Shown here piece after piece: positions 1-11,940 of a DNA stretch of 64,000 nucleotides. Position numbers and translations under genes: made by a program. Positions within the stretch are counted from its first letter, which is position 1. Every line of letters starts with the position of its first letter. The stretch covers positions 7,019,552 through 7,083,551 of the forward strand of contig CM119269.1 of assembly GCA_051294375.1 (NCBI GenBank), read 5' to 3'. The stretch comes from Paraspadella gotoi. Its lineage: Eukaryota > Animalia > Chaetognatha. The notes below the pieces were generated by a model. The model saw nothing but the letters and a program-made list of their open reading frames with translations, made no database searches and had not been told where the DNA came from.

Positions 1-1597
1 AGAGAGAGAGAGAGAGAGAAGAGAAGAGAGAAAAAATAAAAAAATCTTAAAAGACTCAAGATCGAGCCAGAGCCCACTATCATAGAAAATTTAATGAAAA
101 AACCCGGAGAAAAAAACGAATGAATCTGCGGATAACGAATTGTTTGATGTACTTAGTAATTGATTGAAGAATACTAATTGATTGATGTAATAGTAATTTA
201 TGATGTAATAGGAATTGGATTAATTTTGATTCGATGATTAATCAAATTATTGATTGCGATGATAGTCATTCACTGCCTGTTGTATTGATAGTCATTCAGT
301 GATGCGATGCATTGTCATTCATTTGATTCGATGATTGCATTCAGTTGATTGCGATGATAGTCAATAAAACAAACAAAATGCGGTAAGTGTTGATGAAAGA
401 TGAGAGAGAAAGGAAGAGAGAGATGAGAAGAAAGAGAGAGAGAGAAAGAAAGAGAGAGAGAGAGAAAAGAGAGAGATGAGGAGAGAGAAAGGAAAGAGAA
501 TAAATCCACGAAAATCTCGGATGAAATATGGGATTTTTGTTTTGTATTTGAAAAAAAGCGCGGAATTAAAATGGCAATAATAAAAAGTTTTTTAGAAGGC
601 AAAAAATAATCAGAATTTTTCAAAAAAACAAACGATCACGCAAAGATCGGACAGATAGGGACAGACACACACAGAGAGACAGAGATGACAGAGGAGAGAG
701 AGAGAAAAGAGGAGAGGGGATGGAGGAGAGACAGCCCCCTGCAGAGAAAAATGAGAAAGAGGGAATCAGAGCGATATTATAATTAATTAAAGAGATGAGA
801 GAGTGAGAAGCTCTAGAGCCCCTACTCGTGTTAAGAGATCCCAAATCAGCAGTACTTATGGCGCCGCAGCGTAGCGTGAGCTATTCTCTACCAAAGGACC
901 GGTGTTTCGCGCCCTGTTCCGGTATCGTTTTTTACATTAGGTTGAACCCACATTATATCTAAAATTTTTGTAAAAAAAAAAAAAGAGGAGAAGAGACGAG
1001 AGAGAGAGAGAGGAAAGAAGCTGGACAGACCGCTGCAGAGCCGGCAACTCGTTTTTAGAAGAAGCAGCCAGTAGTGACGCGAGAAAAAGAGGAGAGAGGG
1101 AGAGAGCGACATATAATTTAAAACGTTTTTTGTTTTGTAAAATAAAAACATTAAACAATTACCAATATGATATAAACATGGGATTTAGATTACTGATGAT
1201 TGGTTAGAAGCCATTCATAGAAAATTCAACTCCCTATGATATCACACTTTTCAGAAGCCATGATTGCAAAAAAGCGAGACCGAAAGCTAAACCGAAAAAA
1301 AAATTTAGACAGGACGGGCTTTGCCCGCCTGGCTCGTTACCATTAATAAGGATATTTGTTTGTTTTGATAAAAATGTAAACAAAACATTAATACTGTCTG
1401 ACTCAATTTTAAGGACATCGGATGATGACAAGCTGAATATAAATTATAATTAATCTATTAATTTAATTAATTAATTAATCTATTAATTAATTAATGTAAT
1501 CTTATTAATTAATTAATCTGAATTGAATTAATATTCACATTAATTAACTTAATGTGATCGTAGGCAGATCCGATCTTGTTACTGCTCAAACTTGTTT
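1..1597 (+). mobile_element. 3' portion of a non-autonomous Helentron/DINE-1-like (HINE) element
   Basis: Collinear with 23100-24705. Ends in the family terminus TAGGCAGATCCGA...GCTCAAACTTGTTT (subterminal inverted repeat plus short stem-loop). Contains (GA)n and ~22-bp GATAGTCATTCATTGATGCGAT repeats. Confidence 0.7.
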
Positions 1598-2249
1598 ACA
1601 CCAATAAGTCACTTCGCCTTGACATGTCTTAGAGATATCATTTAAGTGGAACCAAAAAGAAAATATAAAGAACGCAGATTGATTTAAAAATTGGGCGTGG
1701 AAAATGACCTTTTTTTGTAGATTATTTTCAACGCGTGGGTTCGATTGATTTGAAATGTTACAATGAGACAATATTGACATATTTCCTATCTAAAGTAAAA
1801 ATAGTTTAAAATATTTAAATAACATTATAAACGACCAGGTAACTTGCCTATCTATCTATAATCTTTTTACCTTCTCTCATCCTCTCACCATCACTGACTT
1901 CGTCTCCATCTCGAAGTCTTCCAAAACCATCTCTCGTTTTGAAATATTATGCCTCGCCTCCTACATTTAAACCTCTTTTTCTCTCTCTCTCTCGTTTACG
2001 TTTTTGGTTCTATCCGAGTCGTATTTGACCTATCGGTCTGATATCTTTGTTCGGTCACCTCAAAATTTACAGAGAGAGAAATTACGTTTTGAGTTTTACT
2101 TTGGACCTTTTCGCGTCTTAATATTAATCAGAATTCGACTCGATATTCAGCAAAGATTCAAGTATTCATGTCGAAAAGATCCTTCGTCACTCCGCGGGCG
2201 TGAAGGAGAAACACCTTCACACTCATCTCTCCCAAGTCTCTAATGAACT

Positions 2250-2352
2250 GCCCATCTCAAGTCTCTCATACCCATCTCTAATCTACGCCCACCCCATCTC
2301 TAATCTACTCCCCATCTCTAATCCCCTCCCCATTTCTAAATCTCTCCCCATA
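2250..2352. repeat. ~18-bp minisatellite (CCCCATCTCTAATCYNCT-like)
   Basis: About five degenerate tandem copies read directly. Confidence 0.6.
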
Positions 2353-2770
2353 TCCAGTCCAAACACCATCTGTCTTTCGATTTAAAAGTGAGACCCTTTA
2401 ATTTTCGTTTCGATCTCATCGCGTTTTATTTCACGATTCCACTTTCTGCCACTCGGTACCGCTCGCTGCTGCTCCCTGCCGATCGCTGCCACTCGCTTCC
2501 ATTCGATTCCATCAACTTGGATTTTTTGATTATTTTTTTTTTCTTTCCGTTTTCGCTCAATTTCCCCTGATTACTTTTTTCTTTTCGTTCCATGCATTTT
2601 AATTTCATCCGTCTAATTTTAATCTTCGAGTTATTTTGTTTAAAAGCTTGAGATTTATTTTACGCATTGCTTCGATGTCATTTATTTTTTTTTGCTTTTC
2701 TGACATTCGATGTCTGTGAACATTTTATATTTAACGTCTGACCTGGGTCCCCGACTGATTTCTTCAGCGG

Positions 2771-2773
<3 letters not shown>

Positions 2774-2863
<90 letters not shown>

Positions 2864-2874
2864 CCTTCCCCCTC

Positions 2875-2960
<86 letters not shown>

Positions 2961-2972
2961 CTCTCTCTCTCC
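2774..2972. repeat. (CT)n/(CTTT)n microsatellite
   Basis: Direct reading; similar tracts at ~15030-15260 and 25620-25860. Confidence 0.95.
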
Positions 2973-3444
2973 CTTCCCCCTCGATTAGGATCATTCTCTG
3001 GATGGAATAGTTCGAGAAAAAAAAAGTGTTAAAATCCACCAAAAAAATTCAAACTAAAAGTAAAACAATTTTTTCCCGATGGTCTAAGGATTTTTGTTAA
3101 AAAACAAAACAGTGCAATAAAATCCACGATTATATCTCGCGCACGGAGATTAATGACAAAGAAAATAATTATGTTGACTGAACTACTGAAGAAAAGTATA
3201 ATAAAAAGGAAAACAACATTCGCAAATGGTGAAACATAATTGGTTAAACTCATTGACTTCGGCTGAGGTTTAATGGTTCGAATCTTGTGACCCACTTCAC
3301 ATACTTAAAATACTTAAAAACATAAAATTTTAAAAATACGTGAAAAAAAATTGAATTTTGAAACGACAAACCTCTATCAAAGAACAACAACAACTTCAAC
3401 AACAACAACAACAACTTCAACCGCGGCAGAAAAAGACAAAAAAA

Positions 3445-3634
3445 ATGCGTCCATCCGTCTTTTGTTTTTTGGCGCTAACGACGACGACGATGATCTTTTG
3501 TTTCGCCCCGACTCGAGCCTCAATCTGGAGCAGAAGATCGATTGAGGCGACGCGCGGCGGGCGAATCGGAAGATGGCAGCTTCCATTTCACCACCGAAAA
3601 TCAAACTTGGGGAGGACGTTTACGTCGGGATAGG
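3445..3634 (+). CDS. Putative first coding exon of a secreted low-complexity protein (one frameshift)
   Basis: ATG 3445 gives MRPSVFCFLALTTTTMIFCFAPTRA-SIWSRRS (signal-peptide-like). Removing one G in GGCGGGCGAA (~3560) gives ...GESEDGSFHFTTENQTWGGRLRRDR ending at the donor AGG|GTGAGA (phase 0). Confidence 0.5.
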
Positions 3635-5579
3635 GTGAGATGAAAGTGGGGGGTTGGGGGGGGGGAGGAGAAGGAGGATGAGGAGGAGGAAGAGGAGGAG
3701 GTGATGGGATAGAGTATGAGATAGAATTGGATGGAATAACGGTAGTAAAAAGGTGATATTATTATGTAGAGAATTAGTTGGCCTTTCTTAAAACTAAGAG
3801 CTAATAATAAAGGGACGCCAATGAGGTCAAGGTTTTAACCAAAAAAGGTCAGCAACGAAAAGGAAAAAAACAAAGACAAATTTATTGAATTTGGTTTCGA
3901 AGGCGAAAAGACAAAGTCGGCGTTCGTGGATGAAGGACAAAGTGGAAGAATCCGAAGGAAAATAGAAGGACAAGGTTTCATTCGAAGCGTGAAGGACCAA
4001 GCTCGATGATTTGCTTGGTTTCGCTTGGCTGAAATCTCCTTAGTTTGTTTAGATTATCAATTGATTGGGTGGGATGTAATTTTAATCAATATTAGTATTG
4101 AAAATTAGTACTGAAGATTATATATTGGCCTTAATTGAGTTGTGTTATCTTCGCCGAGATTGGCCTTGATTGGCCCTTTGTTTTTATTAGCTTGCATTGT
4201 AACCGCTTGGCCACGATTGGCTTCGATATGAATGACTTGGATTAGCTAACATTAATTTTCGGCTCAAGAAAAAGGGAGTCAGTTTGTCTCTCCAGGGTCT
4301 TCGGGTGTGCGGCCCCGTTTGTTCATTGTAGTGGCTGAGAGTCTGAGAGTTTTGATAAAATGTAGTTCGAGAACATCTCTTCTCTTTTATTCAGACTCCG
4401 AGGAAACGAGGGACTAAGTTACGGCGTTCGACGCCGTGAAATTATTAATAAATTAATACTAAATTATTAATAAATAGGCTAAGGGCGGAGACTGAGCGTG
4501 AAAGAGGAAGGAACCTTTCACGCTTCGTCGACTTTAGGTTGCGATTGTGAATGAAAGAAAAACGTTGTGAATGAAATCGTGAACAAAACAAATCATATAA
4601 ATGATATAAATATTGAATATATATGGTATTAGGCCGGTCAGTCGCATGTAAATAAAAAAATTTGATTAGTATTAATTTGGTAACAAAATTAAAAAAATGT
4701 CCATTAATCAATTACTCTGGCTGGGTGTAAACGGGACTGTGAGAGAGACTTGATTGCAGAGTTTCCCTATGAAAATAGTAAAACGAATATGAAGATTATC
4801 TAATATCCATTCATCAGACAAATTAGCTATCTTGCCCCTCATTTGGTATTTTAAGGCCTCCATCAAATTAACCTATAAAAAATATTGAAACATATGGCAA
4901 AGTCTAATAATATACGTAGTATGTAGCTTATTTTATGAAATAATAGATAATTTTTTTATTATTGGCTGTACCATTTCCATAATGAAAAGTTTGGTGTGGC
5001 AAAGCGATCGTTGTTGTTATTCTTAATCTTCCTTATCAGAATAATTATTAAGGAAATGTCGGGCGCAATTTGAGACTGAGTTTATTGTGCGATTCTTCCT
5101 TCGGGCGAGTTGGAATATTTGCCCTGCTGGGTCTGGGGGTTAGGTTCAGGGCCAGGCAATGGGACAGATTTGGCTCCGAGAGCTGGTTGAATCCTTTTGG
5201 CCACTGGAGTCTTGGGGTTCAGGATCGGAATAGATTTGACTCCAGGTCCCTGGGTGACGGGTTTCGTGGTCGGCACTGGGAACAATTCGAGTTTAAGGGC
5301 CGGAGGGTTCGATTTAGCGCCAGGTCCCGAGTTTGTGGGTTCGGGTTTCGCCTGGCGACCTTGAAGAGACTGGACGCTCTTTTCTTCGACGATGGATTGG
5401 GCGATTTTTGCCTGAAGGTGCGGTAGTTGCAGGAGGTTTGACGTATTCATTGGTGGCGCGAATATTTGAGATTTTAGTTAAATTTTCTTTCTTTTGTTTG
5501 TTTATTTCTTGGGGAGATTTTGTCTTTGGAGATTTATTTTTGATTTTGTCTGAAAGATGAGTCACCATTTTAGGGGTCT

Positions 5580-5761
5580 CATGGCAAAAGCCGGGTTGCC
5601 TGTGATGCCCATTGGGATGGGGCATCTCACTGTTGGCTTTGGGGGCTTCCGACCCTCAGTGACGCCTCCAGTCACTGGCGCGATTACTCTAGGACGGTCT
5701 CGCTTTGCCAACGCAGAGGGAAGTCGTGAGGACTGTGGATGGAACACTACGCCTGGGATGG
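5580..5761 (-). mobile_element. 5'-truncated copy of the GC-rich structured SINE-like repeat
   Basis: Near-identical to the 3' ~180 bp of the copies at 16216, 26782 and 39219. Confidence 0.8.
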
Positions 5762-6304
5762 AACTAGCGTCTAGCTTAAGTCGAGGTACGTTGGGAGAAA
5801 CGTGTTACGAGTCCAAAACATCTCCTCAATTGATACATATATATATGTATATATCAGCAACGCAATAGGAAAATGATCTTATCACTTATCACTAACTAAA
5901 GTTCACGGATTCTTGCCCGAGTCAAAAGTCTACCTATAAATATAATTGCCGATTCATAAAAATCATCTGTACCCACCGAGCACATGAAATATGGGAGCAA
6001 ACAACATATCTCAGAGGGCGACTGGTCAATGGTCATTTGGCCTTCTATCAGTTACTTCAGAGTAAAAATCTTATCATTTTATTAGAAAAACGCAATTTTA
6101 TTACAATCAATTTAATTAAATATGTATCTTTAAGAAAAATAAAAAAATTGATAGACACTTTTTTTGACGTTCAGTTAACACTACACTAGTATTTACGATT
6201 TTATATTTAAAGTCAAGCACTTAAACAGTCGAGGTAAGTCAACCTTGCATATTTCGGGTCCCAGAGAAGCCCGAGATTTCGAGTCAGACCGAATGTTCAA
6301 AATT

Positions 6305-6802
6305 TTATCCAAATTTACGACCAAAACGACGAGAACGACGGGACTTACGGAAACGAGGAACGCTAGGAACGCTAGGAAGGCGACGAACAATCCTAATTCG
6401 AGGAATATGACGAACAACTTTACGTCTCCTCCTCCATGGAGATCTCTTCACATTTTTCAAAACTTCACTTTTCTCCTCCTCATCTTCATCATCCTCTTCG
6501 TCTTCCTCTTTTCTCTCCAAGGCGCCGTCTTCCTCGTCTTCTTCCTCTTCTTCGTCCTCGGCGCCGCGACTCGCCAGGTCGGCGTCATCGGCGTCGTCCT
6601 CCAGATCCGCCTCTTTGATAATTCCTCAGCATCCGACGAAGCTTGTCCACGTAGTTGCCTTTAAGAAACAATTGATCAAATGTAATTAAATAACATTTAA
6701 AACAAATTAATTAATTAAATTACCCTCGTGATCTGAGCTCTCCGCCATGAGGTAGCCCATGGCCAGCACCACAAGAGTTACGACGAGCAACTTGCTCGCC
6801 AT
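6305..6802 (-). CDS. Secreted prepropeptide, candidate Arg/Pro-rich antimicrobial peptide precursor (coding exons 6802-6724 and 6658-6305; one apparent indel near 6620-6628)
   Basis: TTTCAG|AACG ATG at 6802: MASKLLVVTLVVLAMGYLMAESSDHE. Phase-1 GT..AG intron 6723-6659. Then GNYVDKLRRML, a frameshift, IIKEADLEDDADDADLASRGAEDEEEEEDEEDGALERKEEDEEDDEDEEEKSEVLKNVKR, then SPWRRRRKVVRHIPRIRIVRRLPSVPSVPRFRKSRRSRRFGRKFG*. Probable non-coding exon 1 ends at 7901 (CCG|GTAAGT). Confidence 0.75.
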
Positions 6803-6844
6803 CGTTCTGAAACAAAACGGATGATATAGTTTTAATCTTTTTAA

Positions 6845-6998
6845 TTAACAAATTTTGATTTTATTTTATTGTTACAAGAGCAGACATGTTTCGGCTCACA
6901 GTACGAGCCTTCATCAGCGCATAAAATTCGTTGCAAAAATAAAATCAAACTTTGTTAATCTCTCAAACAACGAAAAAAGAAAGGATAATTACCATGAA
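6845..6998. mobile_element. Tiny Penelope-like element remnant with internal inversion
   Basis: The minus-strand part carries the hammerhead plus AATAAAATAAAATCAAAATTTGTTAA. The plus-strand part repeats AATAAAATCAAACTTTGTTAA and ends CAAACAACGAAAAAAGAAAG, like the PLE tail at 35575-35610. Confidence 0.65.
6883..6917 (-). ncRNA. Minimal type I hammerhead ribozyme (Penelope-type)
   Basis: Minus strand reads gcg CTGATGA a GGCTC gtactgt GAGCC GAAAC ATGTC tgc: intact core, 5-bp stem II, palindromic ACATGT stem III, GUC cleavage triplet, 3-bp stem I. Confidence 0.85.
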
Positions 6999-7996
6999 TA
7001 TTTTTAATGCAAAAGATATTAAAAATTATACAAAAAAATCTTATTTTTATAAAAATTGATAAAAAGTTTAAAAATATTTTTATTATGAAAAAAATTAGTG
7101 ATACTGTTTAATTTTACAGTAAGATTAATGAGTAGCTTAAATATTACTCATTTAATAATCAAAAAGTAAGAATAAAGCATATAAAATTATAAAAAATATA
7201 TAAAACAAAAATTCATTTTATTATTATAACAAATACTTTATTTTTGTTCTAATCTATATGGTCACCTTATCTATACCTTTATCTGGCTAGTAACAATAAT
7301 CTTCAGCCCACATCGTATCTTTATTCTCAGAAAAAATCCTGAAATATTTTTGGATTCTTCTAAGGACGTGGATCTACAGTAATAAGTTTTACCTTTTAAT
7401 GTGTATATGCAGGTTAGAGGTAATAAAAAGTCTTTTCGGATAAAAGCCACCATGTAAATGCTAGATTTTATAAAAATTAAAGTTAGTTGGGGCATAAGTT
7501 GTTATACTAGTCTCGTAATGCTGTCAGGAAATAAAGTAGAGCAGGTAAAATATAAGAAGGTTCAGGCTTGAGTCGGGATCTGCTGAAAGCAGATCCGACT
7601 AAAAATGGCCAGTTGAAAAAAATTAAAAACTAGCATAAGGAACCCCCCATGGTCTCTTTTATGGAATGTGAATAGTTTCACGAATGGGTTCTTTCTGATC
7701 CAAAAGTCGACAACGGGTTACGCCATATAGATCATTTAAAATGTATTTATTTATCTTCTGGTAATTACTTAATTTTTTAATATATTTTACAGTTTTATAT
7801 CAAATAAATAATAGCAAATATAACATGAATTGGAGACCTTTTTGTCCAAAAAATGTAGAGTAGTTACAGTAGGGTGACTGGAATCGATCAAGAGACTTAC
7901 CGGTCGTAGAATAGAATCCAGAAACAGGACAGGACAAACAGGACAAACAGGACAAACAGGACTTCGTCGTTGCAGGAAACGACCTTGAAGTTGAAC

Positions 7997-8086
7997 TAGG
8001 GTTCCGTTAACTGTTAATTTTTTTAGGAATTTCGCTTAACCGTTAAAACTAAAATTTTTAACGGTTAACCGTTAAAATCGGTTAAT
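7997..8086 (+). mobile_element. hAT-like terminus
   Basis: TAGGGTTCCG followed by clustered AACCGTTAA/TTAACGGTT subterminal motifs; the other end was not found. Confidence 0.4.
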
Positions 8087-8965
8087 TTTATAATTTAACT
8101 TTAAATTTAAAATATTATTATTTAAATCAAACTAAAGTATTAAATGGTATTTTATCTTTTACTCTTGCTCCAAAATCTTCTTTATCTTCTATTTCAGATA
8201 GATTGGGTACACATTTTAGTTGGTAAATGAAAAATTTGTTTGAGCAAATTATCTTGAATCTATCTGTGATAATTTAACATAATCAGATAATGCACTGATA
8301 AATCTTGCATACAAAACTTTTTCTTTTGCCTCAATAGCATAATAAAATAAAAGAAAAACCACAATCAAATTCTAATTTCATATTTTATTTTTTCTTTCTC
8401 TTTCTGTCTCTCGCTTTCTCTTTTTCTTTCGTTATTTCTCTTCATTAATTTTCTAGTTGTTAGTTTCTTGAACGCTTGTTTTCTGTTTTTATTTTTACAT
8501 AAACCATCACCATAAACTTAATTTATGAATATTAATTTATTGATTGAATATTTGATTGATCGATTGATCAAAAGATTTATTGATTTTTAGATATTTTTTT
8601 TCAGTTTTATTAAAAAATATATCATGATTGAAGGATAGTTTAGGTTAGCCTTAATAATCTTTTAATTTATTATTATATTTATTTATTTTTTTATTATTAT
8701 TCTTTTTATTCATTTTTGTCTTATTTCATTTGCTTCTTTGTTCGTTTTAAAGAGTGAAATAATAATAAAATAATAATGAAATATTAATAAAATAGGATAT
8801 GAAATTGATACAACCAATATAAAAATTATCCATTCATTTAATAAAAAAGCTATCTGTTTTATTATCTTTGTTATTTCATATAAGAATTTAATTTGCAAGA
8901 ATGAAAAAAAATGTACGCATGTGAAGCGAAATTTGAAATTTGAGAGAGTGAGAGAGCGATTTTGA

Positions 8966-9182
8966 GAGATTCTTAGCAATTATATAATTAAATCTTATTA
9001 GAAATTCTAAGCAATCATATAATTAAATCTTATTAAAGATTCTAAGCAATCATATAATTAAATCTTATTAGAGATTCTAAGCAATTATATAATTAAATAT
9101 TATTAAAGATTCTAAGCAATTATATAATTAAATCTTATTAGAAATTCTAAGCAATCATATAATTAAATCTTAATAGAGATTC
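8966..9182. repeat. 35-bp tandem minisatellite, 6 full copies
   Basis: Unit GARATTCTAAGCAATYATATAATTAAATCTTATTA, head-to-tail with no spacers. Confidence 0.95.
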
Positions 9183-9611
9183 ACGGTGTGACAACGGGTT
9201 ATTAGGCAATGAAGTCGGGAGGATTTAGGGGGTGAATGAGAGGTGATTCGGTTCACTGTCCCGGCGCCCATGGATCGTAATGGGTCCATGGGCGCGAGGG
9301 TCAAGGGCGAAGACATTAGGATCCCGAAATCGATGTCGTCGGCACAAAAAAAAAAAACCAAAAAAAAAACCACTTTTTCTTTTCTTCTTCTTTCTTTTAC
9401 TTCTTTTCTTCTTCGTTCTTCTTCCTCCTCAATTTATTTTTTCGTCTCCTTCTTCGTTCTTCTTCTTTATATTTCTCTTCTCTCCTTCCAAACACAGGGA
9501 TCGACCCAGATTTTTTTTTTGTCAAGTGAATAGAAAACCGCAAATTACTCTGCGCCAGAAAGGATTAACCCATACAAGCGTCGCTGCTTAGCAACGGGGA
9601 TCGTAGAGAGA

Positions 9612-9646
<35 letters not shown>

Positions 9647-9837
9647 GGAGAGAGGGTCGGGGGGCGGGGTCAGGAAGACTGCGTTGGAACTGTGAAAAAG
9701 TCAAATTGATTTTCAACTGTAATTTTTCACCAATGAATTTTAGAAAAGCAGTTTGACTTGAAAAACGATTTATATTGTTCTGTCCATAACTAACGAGTTA
9801 TTATGTTTGTTTATTCCTCGCGGGTGGAAAATGACAG

Positions 9838-10163
9838 GAGTTCGGGTTTGGATCAATTCCCAAGTTTTTCGCCGTCGCTTCCCTTCAACAAAAGCGACAA
9901 CAACAACAACACCATCAGGGCCAACTTCTTCAGTCTCAACAACGGCAACCCGTGTACTATTCGGGAATCGAACCCGAGACCTTCTTCGTCATCGACGGAG
10001 GATCCTCGCCGTCGGTGAAAACAGAGGCCAAAACAAGGAGGGGCGAAACAACGGGAGACGAAACAGCGTCGAGAAAAGCAACAACGATAACGACAACAAC
10101 AGATTCGATGACTTTCAACGCGAAATCTCCAACGAAGAAAAAGATTTCTGTTGTTCCTTCGTG
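9838..10163 (+). CDS. Internal coding exon of the low-complexity gene (Gln/Asn-rich; probable internal frameshift)
   Basis: ACAG|GAG acceptor; EFGFGSIPKFFAVASLQQKRQQQQHHQGQLLQSQQRQPVYYSGIEPETFF...; strong donor GTG|GTGAGT at 10164; GC-rich island in AT-rich flanks. Confidence 0.55.
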
Positions 10164-10169
10164 GTGAGT

Positions 10170-10272
10170 GAACGAACGAACGAACGAACGAACGAACGAA
10201 CGAACGAACGAACGAACGAACGAACGAACGAACGAACGAACGAACGAACGAACGAACGAACGAATGAACGAA
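10170..10272. repeat. (GAAC)n microsatellite
   Basis: Direct reading, immediately inside the intron. Confidence 0.95.
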
Positions 10273-10904
10273 TAAAAAAGTAATATCATTAAACGAAACT
10301 TTCTTTTTCTAATCCTTTTGTTCAAAGTTCTGATTTTGGTTGTTTTTTTTCAATATTTTTCATTGTTTTTTTTTATCGTTGAGTTTGAGATTAGAATCAA
10401 ATGAAAAAAAATTGTTTTGTTTGCAAATATTTTTTTTGTTTTAAAATAATAAAACGTATATATACTCTCTGGGAATAAATAAACGTGACTGTGAGAGAGT
10501 CTTGATTGAAAGCTTGCAGGGATCTGCTATGTCATTATCTTGTAAGAGTGATGGAGGCCTTAAACCACCAAAGCCTGTCCAAAGTCAGGGGCAAGATACG
10601 TAGCTTATTTATTAAATGAATAGATAATTTTTGTTTTGGTTCTACCAATTTCATACGTACACGTTGCGGTTTCAGCTAATTTCCTAGCTTTGATCAGCGC
10701 AAAAACATTTTTTTCAGTTGAGTATTTTTTTTTTACAATATCCACCGTCGTTGCAAAATCGTTGAGGCTCTCATCTCTCGCCTCCCAGAATAAGAATATA
10801 AATTTATTATTGCCCTGACATGAATATATGAACATAGAGACATGAATATATTATTGCATCGACGTGAATATTCCTTTTTTTTTTATATCGCAACTGGCTA
10901 CTAG

Positions 10905-11568
10905 ACCCAATGCCCAATTCCAATACCCTTCCAACCCCCGTTCCCTTCTCCCGCCTTCTACAATACCCCACATCCCATCCACGCCCACTTCAACATCCCA
11001 CGCCCTGCCACCTTTAACACTCACCTTTAACGCCTTTCCACGTCACCCTTGACCAACCCAAATCCCCTTTCCACCCCATTCTGACTGCAGCGCATTCGGT
11101 CTCCTAAACGTTCACCGCCCCACTGCTCTGACGGCCCTTTGCCACATCCCCCAGCTGCCCCCGACCTATTCCACATCCCATACTGCCCCCCCCGCCCTCA
11201 TTCCACAACCTGCCTTTACCTCGTCCCCGCCCTCTTCCACGCCCCCTTCTCGCGCCAGGACTGGATTCTCGATCTCCCCAAAAGTAAACAAAAGATTTTG
11301 GAAAAACAATCATCGCAAACATCGACGGAAAGACCAGCGGGAGCGTAAACACAACAGCATACAGCACGACACAACATCAACCACAACAGCAACGACGACA
11401 ACATCAACCACAACAGCAACGACGAGACTGGCAACGCCCCAGCGACGACGCTGTCGGTTCCTCCGAGAAATTCCCTCCTTCGACCCCGATAGATTTCGCC
11501 TCCCTTTCCTCACTTTTCTCCTCTTCTTCCTCCCTTTCGTCTCCCTCTCCCCTCTCTCCCTTTTGGTC

Positions 11569-11604
<36 letters not shown>

Positions 11605-11893
11605 ATTTGGAAGCGGTCACCCAAAGGAGGAGGAGGAGGAGGAGGAGGAGGAGGAAGAGGAGGGATTAAGATTAAAGGAAGAAAATGAGTTTTATGCGGG
11701 CGACGGTGAACTGAGTGGCAACGAGGGCGTTGGAGGTGTTGGATTTGGAGAACAACAACGACGACAACGACAACATCTTTCGAAAAGCATCGCCACGGAA
11801 AATTTAATCGTTGCCAATGACAACGACAACGACAACGACAACAACGAAAATTGCGACGAAGAAGGAAGCGGAGAATTACGAGGATGCTCTAAG
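10905..11893 (+). CDS. Large Pro/His-, Gln- and Asp/Glu-rich coding exon (frameshifted in this assembly)
   Basis: CTAG|ACC acceptor; TQCPIPIPFQPPFPSPAFYNTPHPIHAHF... An open frame from ~11370 reads QHQPQQQRR x2...SDDDDDDDDDDDEFGSGHPKEEEEEEEEE...EEGSGELRGCSK and ends at AAG|GTGAGT. Confidence 0.55.
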
Positions 11894-11898
11894 GTGAG

Positions 11899-11940
<42 letters not shown>

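Noticed and set aside
5082-5570. Pro-rich minus-strand ORFs as a gene
   Set aside because: No recognisable domain, frames are inconsistent and no clear splice signals; possibly a TE remnant but not supportable.
8966-9182. 35-bp repeat array as a CRISPR
   Set aside because: Units are contiguous with no unique spacers, there are no cas genes, and the context is eukaryotic.
9170-9345. GC-rich island as an additional exon
   Set aside because: Open on both strands without convincing paired splice sites; strand and coding status cannot be decided.
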